From Trichoplax adhaerens (Eukaryota; Animalia; Placozoa), in NCBI RefSeq assembly GCF_000150275.1, contig NW_002060947.1:4330335-4394334 (forward strand): a DNA stretch of 64,000 nt. The letters run 5' to 3'. Of the stretch, positions 52,117 to 64,000 are shown piece after piece. A model generated the notes under the pieces. That model worked only from the letters and a program-made list of their open reading frames with translations. It made no database searches and was not told the DNA's origin. The position numbers and the translations under genes are program-made. Numbering within the stretch: position 1 is the stretch's first letter; every line of letters starts with the position of its first letter.

Positions 52117-55100
52117 ATGGACGTTTTGGATAGCACTTTTGCTTCTACAATGGATTACACCAAAGGTAAGACTTTCCTGGACATGATCAATGTTCGTCTT
52201 TTACTAACATACAGTCCAGTACAGTACCCGTGTACTCTACAATAGACAGTAAACCAACTGTCCAAGCTTACGGTCGAAATGTGTCGACTTCATCAGATCA
52301 AGCGTTAACGCTTATACTGATCCAATTACGCAATGGATCCATTGGATGGTGAAGTTTAGCAATTACGCAATGCATCCATTGGATAGTGAAGTTTAGGATA
52401 TATACAATCGCTCTAATCGACAACTGGATTAACTACACTTATTTGCCCATCAAATGGCATTAAAATCCATAGTCAAGCAAGTCCAAACTTGAAACTGCTT
52501 TTGAAGTATTTCTGCGCGCATGCTTTTCCACCCTTAAGTACAGTAAATAGTAATACAGAACTGTCTACCAAGCAGAGTTCATCTTTCCATGTGCATCAAT
52601 AATTGTATATAGAAGTTAAACAAGTCCAAACTACTTGACAGTTTGTTGTATCAAACAGTGTTATAATAGACGCACATTGAATTCACCCTTACTATAAGTG
52701 CGGCTCTTATTTTGACCAAGATAACAAGGTTGAATTGGGTTGCGCGCATCTTTGCATAATTACACGATCAAGCTGGTCAGAAATGAGACGCATAAAGGCT
52801 TCTTCCTTCCGTATAATTACATAACTTGCAGCTACAGTAGTTCAATACGCCGATGATATCATTCTGGCTGCATCGATGTGCGTAGAATATTGATATATCC
52901 TAGTGGCTACCTAGCCTGCGTATTGAAAAATGTATCCACCAGAAATTCAGGAGCTTAGATTTGACATGTTCTGAACAGTGGCTGACACAGAAAGTGATTT
53001 ACAATGATAACAAGGATGAACTGATGATTGTAGGTACAAACCAGCGATTGCATAATTACAGCCCTGCCAGACTTGGATAGAAAATCTCCTACACAGTGTG
53101 TAGGTGATCGTGTACCACCTACTGATACACCCTTTTAAATGAAATGATTAGCGTATGTACTAGCCTTCACAGTCGAGTGTATTCGGTCTCTTATAATTGC
53201 TTTATATCTATCGATACAGTGCTATACTGAAATTACCTTTAGCGTAATGATGTACAAATAAAATACGACACCTATCTTTTTTTATCTTGATGATCCATTT
53301 AGCTCAATAACGATCTAGAAAGGCGTCGCCTTGCTCAGTAACATGTGGTTAGGACTTTGCAAACTGTGTAGTAAACGCATCTTCTATACGCATATGTATA
53401 TTTCAAAGATGTACGCTAGAAGTGTCCCGGGAGTAGTTATGGAAGACCAAATATGTAAAATCATGCAGACTGAGAAATTGTATTTGTACTCGTATAACTT
53501 CTATGCAGATTAGACCAGTTTTACACTCGACACTTCCTGATTGGTTAGGTACGCTTAAATTGTGATACGTGGGCTTCGATATCTTGAGTATCTAATTTTT
53601 GAAATTATTCTCGGTTGAATAAACTTGTTGAAAATGGAACTAAATATTAAGCTAGATAAATCGTAATAATGCTACAGTATATACTTATAAGTGGCCCTTC
53701 TAGTCCCAACTATCACTCTGGAGATCTGCTAGCAATTTTATTATCAACGTTCTCTCTTATTTTACACCATAGAGTAACAGGGTAAATGGATTTTTAGTGG
53801 TGTATTATATCCGTCTTATCTATAGCAAGCGAGTCATCGTTGCTGCAGATTAGTATAACTTTTTAGCGTGTTCCATAGACGATGTACTCTGAGTATACGT
53901 AAGCGTACAGTAAACATCCCGCAATCAAGTAACTACCTACAGTATACTGTACAAGCATAAATACAGTATTAGTATGCATTATTATCACTTTGAGGTATTT
54001 TTGGTTTCCCCTTGACATTCTTGGAATGGACAAAACTTTGGCAGTAATATTAGTTTGATGTTGAAACTGAAAGTTGCTTTAATCTGCATCAGGGTATATT
54101 CGATGCAAATTTACAATTAACAACAAGATCAATTCAATCATCAATAGCGTAAGAAAAAATGATAGTTCTATTGAAGTTCGAGGCCTTAATTTCGGTTGAA
54201 TTGGCAGGCAATTACCATCTGTAATGCTCTGATAAATGACTTGTGTATAGTATACTATAGAAGTACACATAATCGGTATGATTGAATTAAGCTATAAACT
54301 GCTATGGTGTTATATCGAATTTTGTACAAGCTTTTGGTATTGTTGTAAACACTATACAGCAATATCATTGTAATAGCATCCAATTAGATAGCTAACCAAT
54401 TATTCACATGGAGTTATTTTCCTCTTTCATAAGGACCTAACGATGTAAAGAATTCGAACAATCTTGTTATTGGTGTGCTGTTAGCAATATCATCTAGTAT
54501 TCTAATTGGAAGTAGTTTTATAATAAAGAAGAAAGGTTTATTAAGAGTATCAAGAGGCGGTGATTCTTCGAGCAGAGCAGGTAGGCTCATTTATTCACGT
54601 TGATGTTAGTATTTGTTTATTTAGGGAGATAATAAATATTCTATAATATGGTATTTTTAGGGAGCGGTGGTTATGGCTATTTGAAAGATTGGGTATGGTG
54701 GGCTGGTTTCATTACAAGTATGTACTTTAGCTAATGTATATCATAAACGTAAGGATACAAAAAATATATATATCTTCTATATTATCTTACAGTGGGCACT
54801 GGAGAATTAGCGAACTTTATCGCTTATGCCTTTGCTCCAGCAAGCTTAGTAACTCCTCTTGGCGCTTTGAGCGTACTATTTGCGTAAGTATCATTAAAAC
54901 GGGCATATATCATACGTTTTGCATTGATCTAATTTTTTACTGTATACAATTTTTTAGGGCTATTTTAGCATCATATCTGTTAAACGAAAATCTAAATATT
55001 TGTGGTAAAATTGGCTGCTTTGTTGCTATTCTTGGATCGACTATGATTGTTATTCACGCTCCTGCTGAAGCTGAAGTCGATTCATTTGAGGTTTTAACGA

Positions 55101-55784
55101 AAATGCTGGCGAGTCCAGGTATGTTAATTATGCTTTGATTCAAATTTCATGTCCATTAAATAGTACTATATTTTGTCGACAGGATTTATCGTATACGTCT
55201 GCATTGTTGTGCTAATGTTTGGAATCTTGGTCTTCATACTGGCTCCTCGATACGGACGAAAAAATATGATAATTTATATTACAACTTGTTCTGTTGTTGG
55301 ATCTCTAACGGTGATGGCATGCAAGGGCGTCGGCATTGGAATCAAACAGACCATTGGTGGTCAAAGCCAATTAGGAAATTGGGTGTTTTGGCTTCTTGCG
55401 CTATCAGTGGTATTTTGTATTGTGATCCAAATGAATTACTTAAACAAAGCATTGGACATCTTCAATACCGCTGTAGTTACTCCTGTGTACTATGTTCTAT
55501 TTACTACTTGTACTATCGTTGCATCAGCTATTTTGTTTAAGGAATGGGCAAGTTTAGGGGCTAAAGATGCAGTCGGTTCTGTTTGTGGTTTCTTAACTAT
55601 CATTGTTGGTGTGTTTCTACTCCATGCTTTTAAGGATCTTAAACTCTCTTACAAACATTTACCTAGTGCTATAAAAAAGGACGATCGTAGACTTCCGAAC
55701 GGTGAAGGTGAAAAAATGATTGACGACTGGGATGGTAATTTAATATCTAATTCTAATAGTGGTGATGGCGATGCGGAATTTTAA
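52117..55784 (+). CDS. NIPA2: NIPA-family magnesium transporter; exons 52117-52165, 54434-54580, 54661-54717, 54793-54883, 54959-55118, 55183-55784
   Basis: [24 protein letters not shown]...[18 protein letters not shown]...[26 protein letters not shown]...[27 protein letters not shown]. The short first exon is in frame but less certain. Confidence 0.92.
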
Positions 55785-57514
55785 TGTTTAATAATGGTAT
55801 GGTAAAGGCTAATGATCGTAAAATGTTGTATATAACCGCTGCCTGAGACCTGTAAAGAGATTAATGGTATAATACAACATTCCCGTTATTTTATCATATT
55901 GCATTTATGTTGTCGTGATTTTAGTACTGATCAAAGATCACCAAATTAATTAGGTTTATTATCAATATATTACCGCTTAGGTCTTGGCGTTATTGTCGTG
56001 ACACTAATTCTTATTTCATTACTGGCGATTTCTATATTATTCCATGTTCTGTTACTGTATTACAATCTAGGAGTTAGTGGTACACTTTTCTTCATCTGTT
56101 CTGCTTTGTATTACTGCATTATGTTGGTTCCTTATATATATATATATGATTTTCGTCCTGATAACAAAGTGTAGTCTTGTCAGGTACGCTAGAGTCATCT
56201 ACAAGATTTTCTTTTTATTTCATCATACATACATACCAGATACTTCTCATATATACCGTAACTATTGCGTTTAATTAACTTAAAATCTGATTACTATAAA
56301 TGTTGTACCATTTCCGTTGTATGAAAATCCTTTCGTAATTTTATTTTATTTCCAAGACGTAGGGGTATTGTAGATTCTTATCGATAGTAATATACAATTT
56401 TTATTTGCGATTTGAAGAAAGAATTGTATTGTTTTATAATGTCTAGATCTATCTGTCCTTAGAACATTTTCAGCATATTAAGTTTTATTTATAAATCTTT
56501 AGCGTTCACTTAAGATGAGATTGAGTCATTTTTTGCAATTGGGCTACAGAATATCTGTGCTGCTTGTCCAATAGTAACGTCATATATGGATTAAGATGTT
56601 GCTATTACCTTATCGGAATAATAAATACAGTCCGCGTGTCCGCTTAGAAAGAAAATTGCAAAGTATGATGCAATTTGTACTATAGAGTATGTCGATGGGT
56701 GAAATGATTGCATGATTGATTTATATTAGAAGATAGCTACCTTGGATTTGTAAAATATTCTGGATATTTACACGTATATGAGAAGATTGATTTAAGTAAA
56801 GTAGACTGCTAATTACGTGTATTATGGAGATCAAATTGATTCTCAGATAGGCTGCTGTTTAGTGATCGTTTGGTATGATGCTTCAGAACTGCGTAAAATA
56901 CGGTAGTGGATTACAGTACCACCTCCATTTACTGTACTGGACGCATATTTGATGACTAATATAAATCTTAAAATGCGTTTTAGTAGTTTGTGTGAATTAA
57001 TTAATTTTAAAGAGTTGGGTTTGAGCTGCCGTAAAGTAAATAAATGACTAATTACCGCTGTTGACTATCAATTTATCATCAACGGAGTTGATTGCTTTTA
57101 TACTTTGCAGTGGATGACAATACCCTAACGTTTGGATTAGTTTGGATCGATTGAAACTTTTATCTTTTAACATGGTTATCCACCGTACAATACAGACACG
57201 CTGATCTTTCGTTTTTATCCAGGCGTGGCATTTATTTTACGTCAGGTTGGATGACTATCAAGTTTAATGGATTACTGTGTGTAGTTGATTAATTGGAAAT
57301 TGTAATCCGTCAATCGATCACTTCTGAACCAGGCTTTGCCTCTGCAGATTCTATACAGTATATATATTATTAACGTCTTACATTACTGGATTTGCGGCAG
57401 CAGCAGGTTAATCACGCTAGACAAGTTTTACGTTGAATACATAACAGACTTGGCGTACGAAGCGTGGATGAAAAATAATAAAAACGACAGAATTTGATTT
57501 TGTTTCACCGTCGT

Positions 57515-57968
57515 TATATGCTTGATGTCGATGCTGAAGGAACTAACTTGGTCATGGATTGCTAATACAGTATAAGCGTATCAAATATACTTGCAGTAGA
57601 AATTGTGGAACAGTAGACATAGGCACTGACATTAGTGCAATGTAAAGGAAGAGATTGTTCGAGTTTATATACTTGATGTCGATGCTGAAGGAACTAACTT
57701 GGTCATGGATTGCTAATACAGTATAAGCGTATCAAATATACTTGCAGTAGAAATTGTAGAACAGAAGACATAGGCACTGACATTAGTGCAATGTAAAGGA
57801 AGAGATTGTTCGAGTTTATATACTTGATGTCGATGCTGAAGGAACTAACTTGGTCATGGATTGCTAATACAGTATAAGCGTATTAAATAGACGTATAGTA
57901 GAAATTGTAGAACAGTAGACATAGGCACTGACATTAGTGCAATGTAAAGGAAGAGATTGTGCGAGTTT
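57515..57968. repeat. Tandem repeat, ~151 bp x3
   Basis: cttgatgtcgatgctgaaggaactaacttggtcatggattgctaatacagtataagcg...gtaaaggaagagattgt recurs at ~57521, ~57672 and ~57823. Confidence 0.95.
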
Positions 57969-57999
57969 TAGGGGCGGCGTGAATGTGTGCTGTAAACAA

Positions 58000-59275
58000 T
58001 GCAGTAGCGAAACAACAACTGACTACCGTCTCCTTTTCCACTGTACCATACTGCTGCAAGTTAGACCTGAGAAAGGTTTGGTTCAATCAATAACTTTTAG
58101 ATTACCGACAACAGCGAAACAACAAGAGACTACTGGCTCCTTTTCTGCTACCATACTGCTGTAAGTCCATAGCACAGATTACTGACAACAGCGAAACAAC
58201 AACTGGCTCCTTTTCCATTGTACAATACTGCTGTTAATTTATAGCGTAGATTACCGGCAACATCGGAACAACAGCTGACTCATGTGTACAATATTGCTGT
58301 AGTAAGTCCATCGCACAGCGAAACAACAACTGACTACAGGCTCCATTTCTGTTACTATACTGCTGTAAATCCATAGCATCGATTACCGACAAGAGGGAAA
58401 CAACTGATTACTGGTTCCTTTGTACAATATTGCTGTAAGTGCCTCGCACAGCGAAACAACAACTGACTACTGGCTCCATTTCTGTTACTATACTGCTGTA
58501 AATCCATAGCATCGATTACCGACAAGAGGGAAACAACTGACTACTGGCTCCATTTCTGTTACTATACTGCTGTAAGTCCATAGCATCGATTACCGACTAC
58601 AGGGAAACAACTGATTACTGGCTCCTTTGTACAATATTGCTGTAAGTGCCTCGCACAGCGAAACCACAACTGACTACTGGCTCCATTTCTGTTACTATAC
58701 TGCTGTAAATCCATAGCATGGATTACCGACTACAGGGAAACAACTGACTACTGGTTCCTTTGTACAATATTGCTGTAAGTCCATAGCATGGATTACCGAC
58801 TACAGCGAAACAACTGATTACTGGCTCCTTTGTACAATATTGCTGTAAGTGCCTCGCACAGCGAAACAACAACTGACTACAGGCTCCATTTCTGTTACTA
58901 TACTGCTGTAAATCCATAGCATCGATTACCGACAAGAGGGAAACAACTGACTACTGGCTCCATTTCTGTTACTATACTGCTGTAAGTCCATAGCATCGAT
59001 TACCGACTACAGGGAAACAACTGATTACTGGCTCCTTTGTACAATATTGCTGTAAGTAAGTGCATCGCACAGCGAAATAACAACCGACTACTGGCTCCAT
59101 TTCTGTTACTATACTGATGTAAATCCATAGCATCGATTACCGACTACAGGGAAACAACTGATTACTGGCTCCTTTGTACAATATTGCTGTAAGTAAGTGC
59201 ATCGCACAGCGAAATAACAACCGACTACTGGCTCCATTGCAGAATATTGCTGTAAATCCATAGCATCGATTTTGA
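58000..59275. repeat. Composite minisatellite of two related ~55-75 bp monomer types
   Basis: Shared core gaaacaac(aac)tga.tactggctcc followed by either atttctgttactatactgctgtaa or tttgtacaatattgctgtaa; about 20 monomers. Confidence 0.92.
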
Positions 59276-59559
59276 CCGACTTGGAAAGCCGTCAACGGTA
59301 ACGTACTGTTAGTGTACAGTAATGATCATGATGAGGGACACCTAGCGCTGCAGGATAATTTATTGTACTAGAACTTTGGTAATCATACGTTTACTGTCAC
59401 GCAATTCATCATCTACACATCCCTGATATAGTTAGTCTTCCATTCTGCATGATAGCAAATAGAATTGGAAGAGTCTTGGGGCACAAAAATGGAGGCATTA
59501 CCGGCTGCTAGATGGCAAACACACTGACTGTCGGTAATGATGGTCACAGGGCGGTAGAC

Positions 59560-59720
59560 AGTCCATACAGTACAGTGTAGAGTGTACAGTGTAGAGTAGG
59601 TTTGTATTCGGTACCGGTAGTGTTGACACTCAGTGAACACTACCGGTAGGGGGAGTAGGGCGTCGCGGTCGAGTAGACGGATACACCGATACTGTGCACA
59701 GACACGAGTAGAGTCTCTAG
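59560..59720 (+). promoter_or_regulatory. Probable promoter of the Myc-like gene: short TACAG cluster, GC-rich tract and 13-bp perfect inverted repeat
   Basis: tacagtacagtgtagagtgtacagtgtag, then TACCGGTAGTGTT...AACACTACCGGTA (59612-59648) and a G-rich run. Confidence 0.45.
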
Positions 59721-61287
59721 TCACTGCATAGTAAAAGTTCAAGTCTGACCTAGCACACAGTCACACGTTCTCGATCCTTATGCCACGTGCTGACAACTTG
59801 TGCTGCTAAGTGGGTTGATGGCGGTTGAGTAGAAGGATCTCCATCAAGATGGACTTAAATCGATCATCAATATTGTTGTAAAGCGATATTCTACATATAT
59901 TATTGGCTTTCAACCAGCATCTGTCGGCGATTTTTCAAGTCTTGTTTGAAGTTGATGAAGGACAGCACTGTGCTATTATGAGAACTGTTGGCTGATCAGA
60001 CACCAACGATCGAAAATACAACTCTACCACATTTCAAGCTTGGATGCATCAACATTGAGCAGCTACTGGATGCTTGATCTTCCACATTGATGGTCTTCTA
60101 GACACACGTTATTGCTGCATGCAAAAGATACTTCAGGATATCGACAAGAAATAGTTTCCATCCTGTAGAATGACCAATTGATTACTGTTGTGTTTTATTT
60201 TCGACCTCGTTGTTCTTTCAAGTCCAATCTGTCTTTTACGACTCCAATCCCAATCTCTCCTTGCATTTCTATTTCATCTCCGATCTACAATCATCCTTGA
60301 TTGTGGCGCTGGGTCATACTGTCGTCTTTTACTGTCGCTGTCGTATCCATTAAGTTGGCTGCACGGAAATTCACCTTTCCTACAAAGAATCATCTTGCTA
60401 GCTGGCTAGCAACACGTGTACTGCTGTCAACTTGAGTGCAACACACGAGACATTCTGTGCTATGTCATTTTCTGAAATGTAAATTGATGACTACAGTGCA
60501 ATACTCGTATGTCCTATCTATATACAGTACGTCAAACAGATCCGCAACATTTTTTTCCTACAACTAGTGTATCTATACTGTATACTGTAAACACTTGGCT
60601 AACGCCAAGTCGATTTCGAAGCTATTTGAAACGCTTAGGCCAGGACACGATAATGTCCTAATATTCTAGTCCCTGAGAGAAAATTCATATTGACCAACAC
60701 CATAATTGGTCATTTAATATTACTATCTTCCTTCAAAACATGCTAAATTTATGCATGACTTTATGTTGAAGAAATTGGGCCAGACTCTTCATAATCTCTT
60801 CATAATCCAAAGGGAACTCCGCCTACACTTTGCTCAGCGAGTTGTTATCGAATTCAAATCACTGCAATTAAAGCGTTCAATTGACTCACATCTTGTAATA
60901 CACTGTATATTCTCCAACAGTAAAGAAATCCTATCAAGATTTTTGACTTATCAAGTCATCATCAAATTGCAATCAAGAACTTTATTAACGAAAAAATACT
61001 GTACATCAATACGGTAAAATTGAATCATTTTTAAAGTACTAAATCGACTCTTGAGCAGGGAACTAAAATATATGGTCAGGCTATTGGAAGGGACTTTTGA
61101 AAAAGCAGGAGAATTTTGAACGTTACAATATTACAGCCTTAACAATCTAAGGCGTGCTGATGAAGTTAGTAGATAAGTAATTGTATTAACAGTGATTGAA
61201 CTTATTTGCTACCAATAATAATTTGGGGATATTTTGCCCAATAATCTTCAAGACTGCAAGTGTTGACTGATTCTTCTTTCCATCAGA

Positions 61288-62772
61288 ATGGATATGACAC
61301 TGAACACAGATATTGATGTTGTGGATCAATTCGTTATATTCTCCTTTTTCTCCCAGGATGAATTGAATTCTTTTACCACTTTACAGCAAAGTCACTTTAA
61401 TGGTGCTTTTCCTAATACACGACCTATTCAGAATATTGTTGGCAGCGATAGTGACATATCTACTACCAAAGACACACCTGAAAAGATACAATCCACTTCC
61501 AGTTCGCAAGATTTCACGCCAAAGTCATCGCCTACAAATAGGGATGAAGTTGAAGTAAAAAGAAATTGCCAGACTGAGGTGACTTCAACAGAACCAGATG
61601 AACCAATTCAGTCATTCACGTCCGATGCTCTCTCAACAGATTCCGTAAATCACCATAATAAAGTTGATGCATTACATAGTTGTAGCAGAAAATCGAAAAA
61701 AGCAAGCAAACGTAAATTGCAAGCTCACTTAAGTGACGATGATACAAGTAATACAGCTTCTAGTTCGGTTACAAACTCCACAAATAATATACATGATGTT
61801 CGCAGGAGAAAATATCGTGAGAATGAATTCAAGAAAAAACAAGACCGTCCAAATGCTTTACTTGGAACATGTATGCAATCTATACCGGACGTCAAGTTTC
61901 CTGTACCCAAATCTCCCCCTATTAAACGTTGGTGTGTTACTTGCCCTGAAGAGCAATGGTTACACGAACGTCGAAAGGATAGCAATATACGACTACGCTT
62001 CCAAGCGGATTACAGGCATAACGATAAAGATGGTAACCCTGCTCGGAACAATAAAACTAAGATTGAACAATCTGACCAGTCCGACTTGAAAAAGGCCGGA
62101 AATAACCGTGGACAAACTCTTGAGCTTCATGGTAAAGGTCAACATAATTGGCGCTTAGATCGGACTGATCGTAGGGCAGGTTGTAAAGTTAAAATAATAC
62201 ATGACAATCGTACGAGAGGTAGCAATGAAATTCTGAATATATCTGATCGCCAATATCTCGCTACGCCTACTTCTCTGGATGAAATAACCGACTTCGATGG
62301 TGATAGTAGTAACGTGAATGATTCATTTTATTATTCAAATTCTTCATCAGCTGAAGAAGGTGAAGTCTCTGCTGATGATAAAACGTTGAAATTTCATACG
62401 CCTCAAATGATTGCAATGAAATCACTATATCATGAAAATACTGACATTATTCATACGAGTGATACCGATGCCAGTGACTGGAATAGGAAGGTAACTCACA
62501 ATAAGAAAGAACGCGAAAGACGCTCAAAACAGAAAGTTCAGTTCTTTCGCTTACAACAGTCTCACCCTGATTTAGTTCGATTAGAAAAATGCCCCAAGAT
62601 AAAAATACTTCAATCTGCTATAAATCTTATTCATAATTTGTACGATGAGGAGCAAAGGTTGGTTAACATCAAAATGATTTTGCGAGATAAAAATGGTAGA
62701 TTAAAGAATAAACTACAGACTTTACGGCAAGCAGTTGATATGGGCAGGAAAGAAAGATATGGAATACGTTGA
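61288..62772 (+). CDS. Divergent Myc-like bHLH-leucine zipper transcription factor (large last exon; possible upstream coding exon 60751-61013)
   Basis: C-terminal RKVTHNKKERERR...FFRLQQSHPDL...EKCPKIKILQSA...EEQRL...LKNKLQTLR matches the Myc bHLH-ZIP pattern. N-terminal DIDVV resembles Myc box IIIb. Acceptor ttcttctttccatcag lies directly before 61287. Confidence 0.8.
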   Translation: MDMTLNTDIDVVDQFVIFSFFSQDELNSFTTLQQSHFNGAFPNTRPIQNIVGSDSDISTTKDTPEKIQSTSSSQDFTPKSSPTNRDEVEVKRNCQTEVTSTEPDEPIQSFTSDALSTDSVNHHNKVDALHSCSRKSKKASKRKLQAHLSDDDTSNTASSSVTNSTNNIHDVRRRKYRENEFKKKQDRPNALLGTCMQSIPDVKFPVPKSPPIKRWCVTCPEEQWLHERRKDSNIRLRFQADYRHNDKDGNPARNNKTKIEQSDQSDLKKAGNNRGQTLELHGKGQHNWRLDRTDRRAGCKVKIIHDNRTRGSNEILNISDRQYLATPTSLDEITDFDGDSSNVNDSFYYSNSSSAEEGEVSADDKTLKFHTPQMIAMKSLYHENTDIIHTSDTDASDWNRKVTHNKKERERRSKQKVQFFRLQQSHPDLVRLEKCPKIKILQSAINLIHNLYDEEQRLVNIKMILRDKNGRLKNKLQTLRQAVDMGRKERYGIR

Positions 62773-63636
62773 ATTTGTAAAATTTTAATCCCGTCGATTT
62801 TAGACTATCAAGCAACGATAATTAATTAATATCCTTAGGTAAAAGAAAGAGGATCGATTTTAACGTCTAGGCTATACATTTTCATTATGCTAATAATTTC
62901 ATGGATAATGTTATGACTTTTACTACTGTGCATTGCCCCTTTTCCTTCGTCTTAGCCGTCAGTAAAGACATCCGAAATCTGTACATATTAAATGGTTAAA
63001 TAGTGCTAATAGGAAGTGCTCTTGATTAGCAGTTATAATCTAATTTGTATTTATACATGCTTATTACTGTACAGTCGAATGGCTTAATGAATATATACTC
63101 TATTGCTGCGATTTGGCATTTTATGATATAAAGACTACGATCAATGTCTAGACATTGAAACAACAGTGACATTTGAACGTAAATTGGTATTCTGTAAATA
63201 TTATAGCGGCAACATTGTGCGAACTTTTATATCTGATACTTGCGTTTGTTGTTTAAGAAATTTTTTTATTCTAATGCACTTAATCCTTATCTAGACTGAC
63301 TGAGCTGAGAAGTAAGCATTTTAAACGTATTTTTTTATTGAACTTTGGCCACTGAAGCTATTTTTCCCTACATCTCTAATTCTTGTCCTATTTTACTGAA
63401 ATCCCTTGTTTTATGAACGATTTTGTATAAATGCTTTCATAATTTATTAAAAGAAGACTAAATTGGTTATCCGTAATCTGTTGAATCAAATTCCTTGATC
63501 GAGGGAGGGTCTTGATCGCTTCGCTACCGCAACCAGTAGCCAACGTAGAATGCACACTGTCCATAACCAAAGAGATTATAAGTTAATTTAAATAACTTTA
63601 TTTTCCTGATTCCTTGCTGATATCGAGCTATATCAT

Positions 63637-64000
63637 CATCTTTAAATTGTGGATTATTTGATATGAACGTTAGGACATAAAGTAAGGATTTTCAACTGAT
63701 CCATTTTTACATTGGATCTTTAAATTGTGAATATGATATGAACGTTAGGACATAAAGTAAGGATTTTCAACTGATCCATTTTTACATTCGATCTTTAAAT
63801 TGTGAATTATTTGATATGAACGTTAGGACATAAACTAAGGATTTTCAACCGATCCATTTTTACATTCGATCTTTAAATTGTGGATTATTTGATATGAAAC
63901 GTTAGGACATAAACTAAGGATTTTCAACTGATCCTTGTATTCGATCTTTAAATTGTGAATTATTTGATATGAACGTTAGGACATAAAGTAAGGATTTTCA
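63637..64000. repeat. Tandem repeat, ~75-78 bp, at least 5 copies, runs off the window end
   Basis: atctttaaattgtg.attatttgatatgaacgttaggacataaa.taaggattttcaactgatcc repeated head to tail. Confidence 0.95.

Noticed and set aside
9085-62772. POLR2K, NIPA-like and Myc-like co-location resembling human 8q
   Set aside because: The human genes are far apart, the NIPA gene here looks like NIPA2 rather than NIPAL2, and Myc orthology is uncertain.

Overview
AT-rich eukaryotic (animal) genomic DNA with compact genes and short GT-AG introns. The style resembles a placozoan (Trichoplax-like) genome; this is an inference, not proven. I rebuilt these genes by hand from splice sites: ATRX 3' end (+), LRRC51 (-), LAMTOR1 (+), POLR2K (-), calnexin (+), two tandem MGAT4/GnT-IV paralogues (-), two single-coding-exon class A GPCRs, NIPA2-like (+) and a divergent Myc-like bHLH-ZIP gene (+). 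One MGAT4 copy stops before the C-terminal lectin domain. There are probable decayed GPCR pseudogenes and at least seven tandem repeat arrays. Main patterns: (1) dense TACAG/CTGTA pentamer clusters sit at the 5' end of every non-GPCR gene whose start is in the window, but not at the GPCR genes; (2) a ~270 bp palindrome lies in the LRRC51/LAMTOR1 bidirectional promoter; (3) the LRRC51-LAMTOR1 and calnexin-MGAT4 neighbour pairs recall vertebrate linkages; (4) a GC-rich double hairpin lies just downstream of one promoter cluster. I recognised no tRNA, rRNA, snRNA, CRISPR array or transposase. Most short ORFs in the supplied track are spurious.
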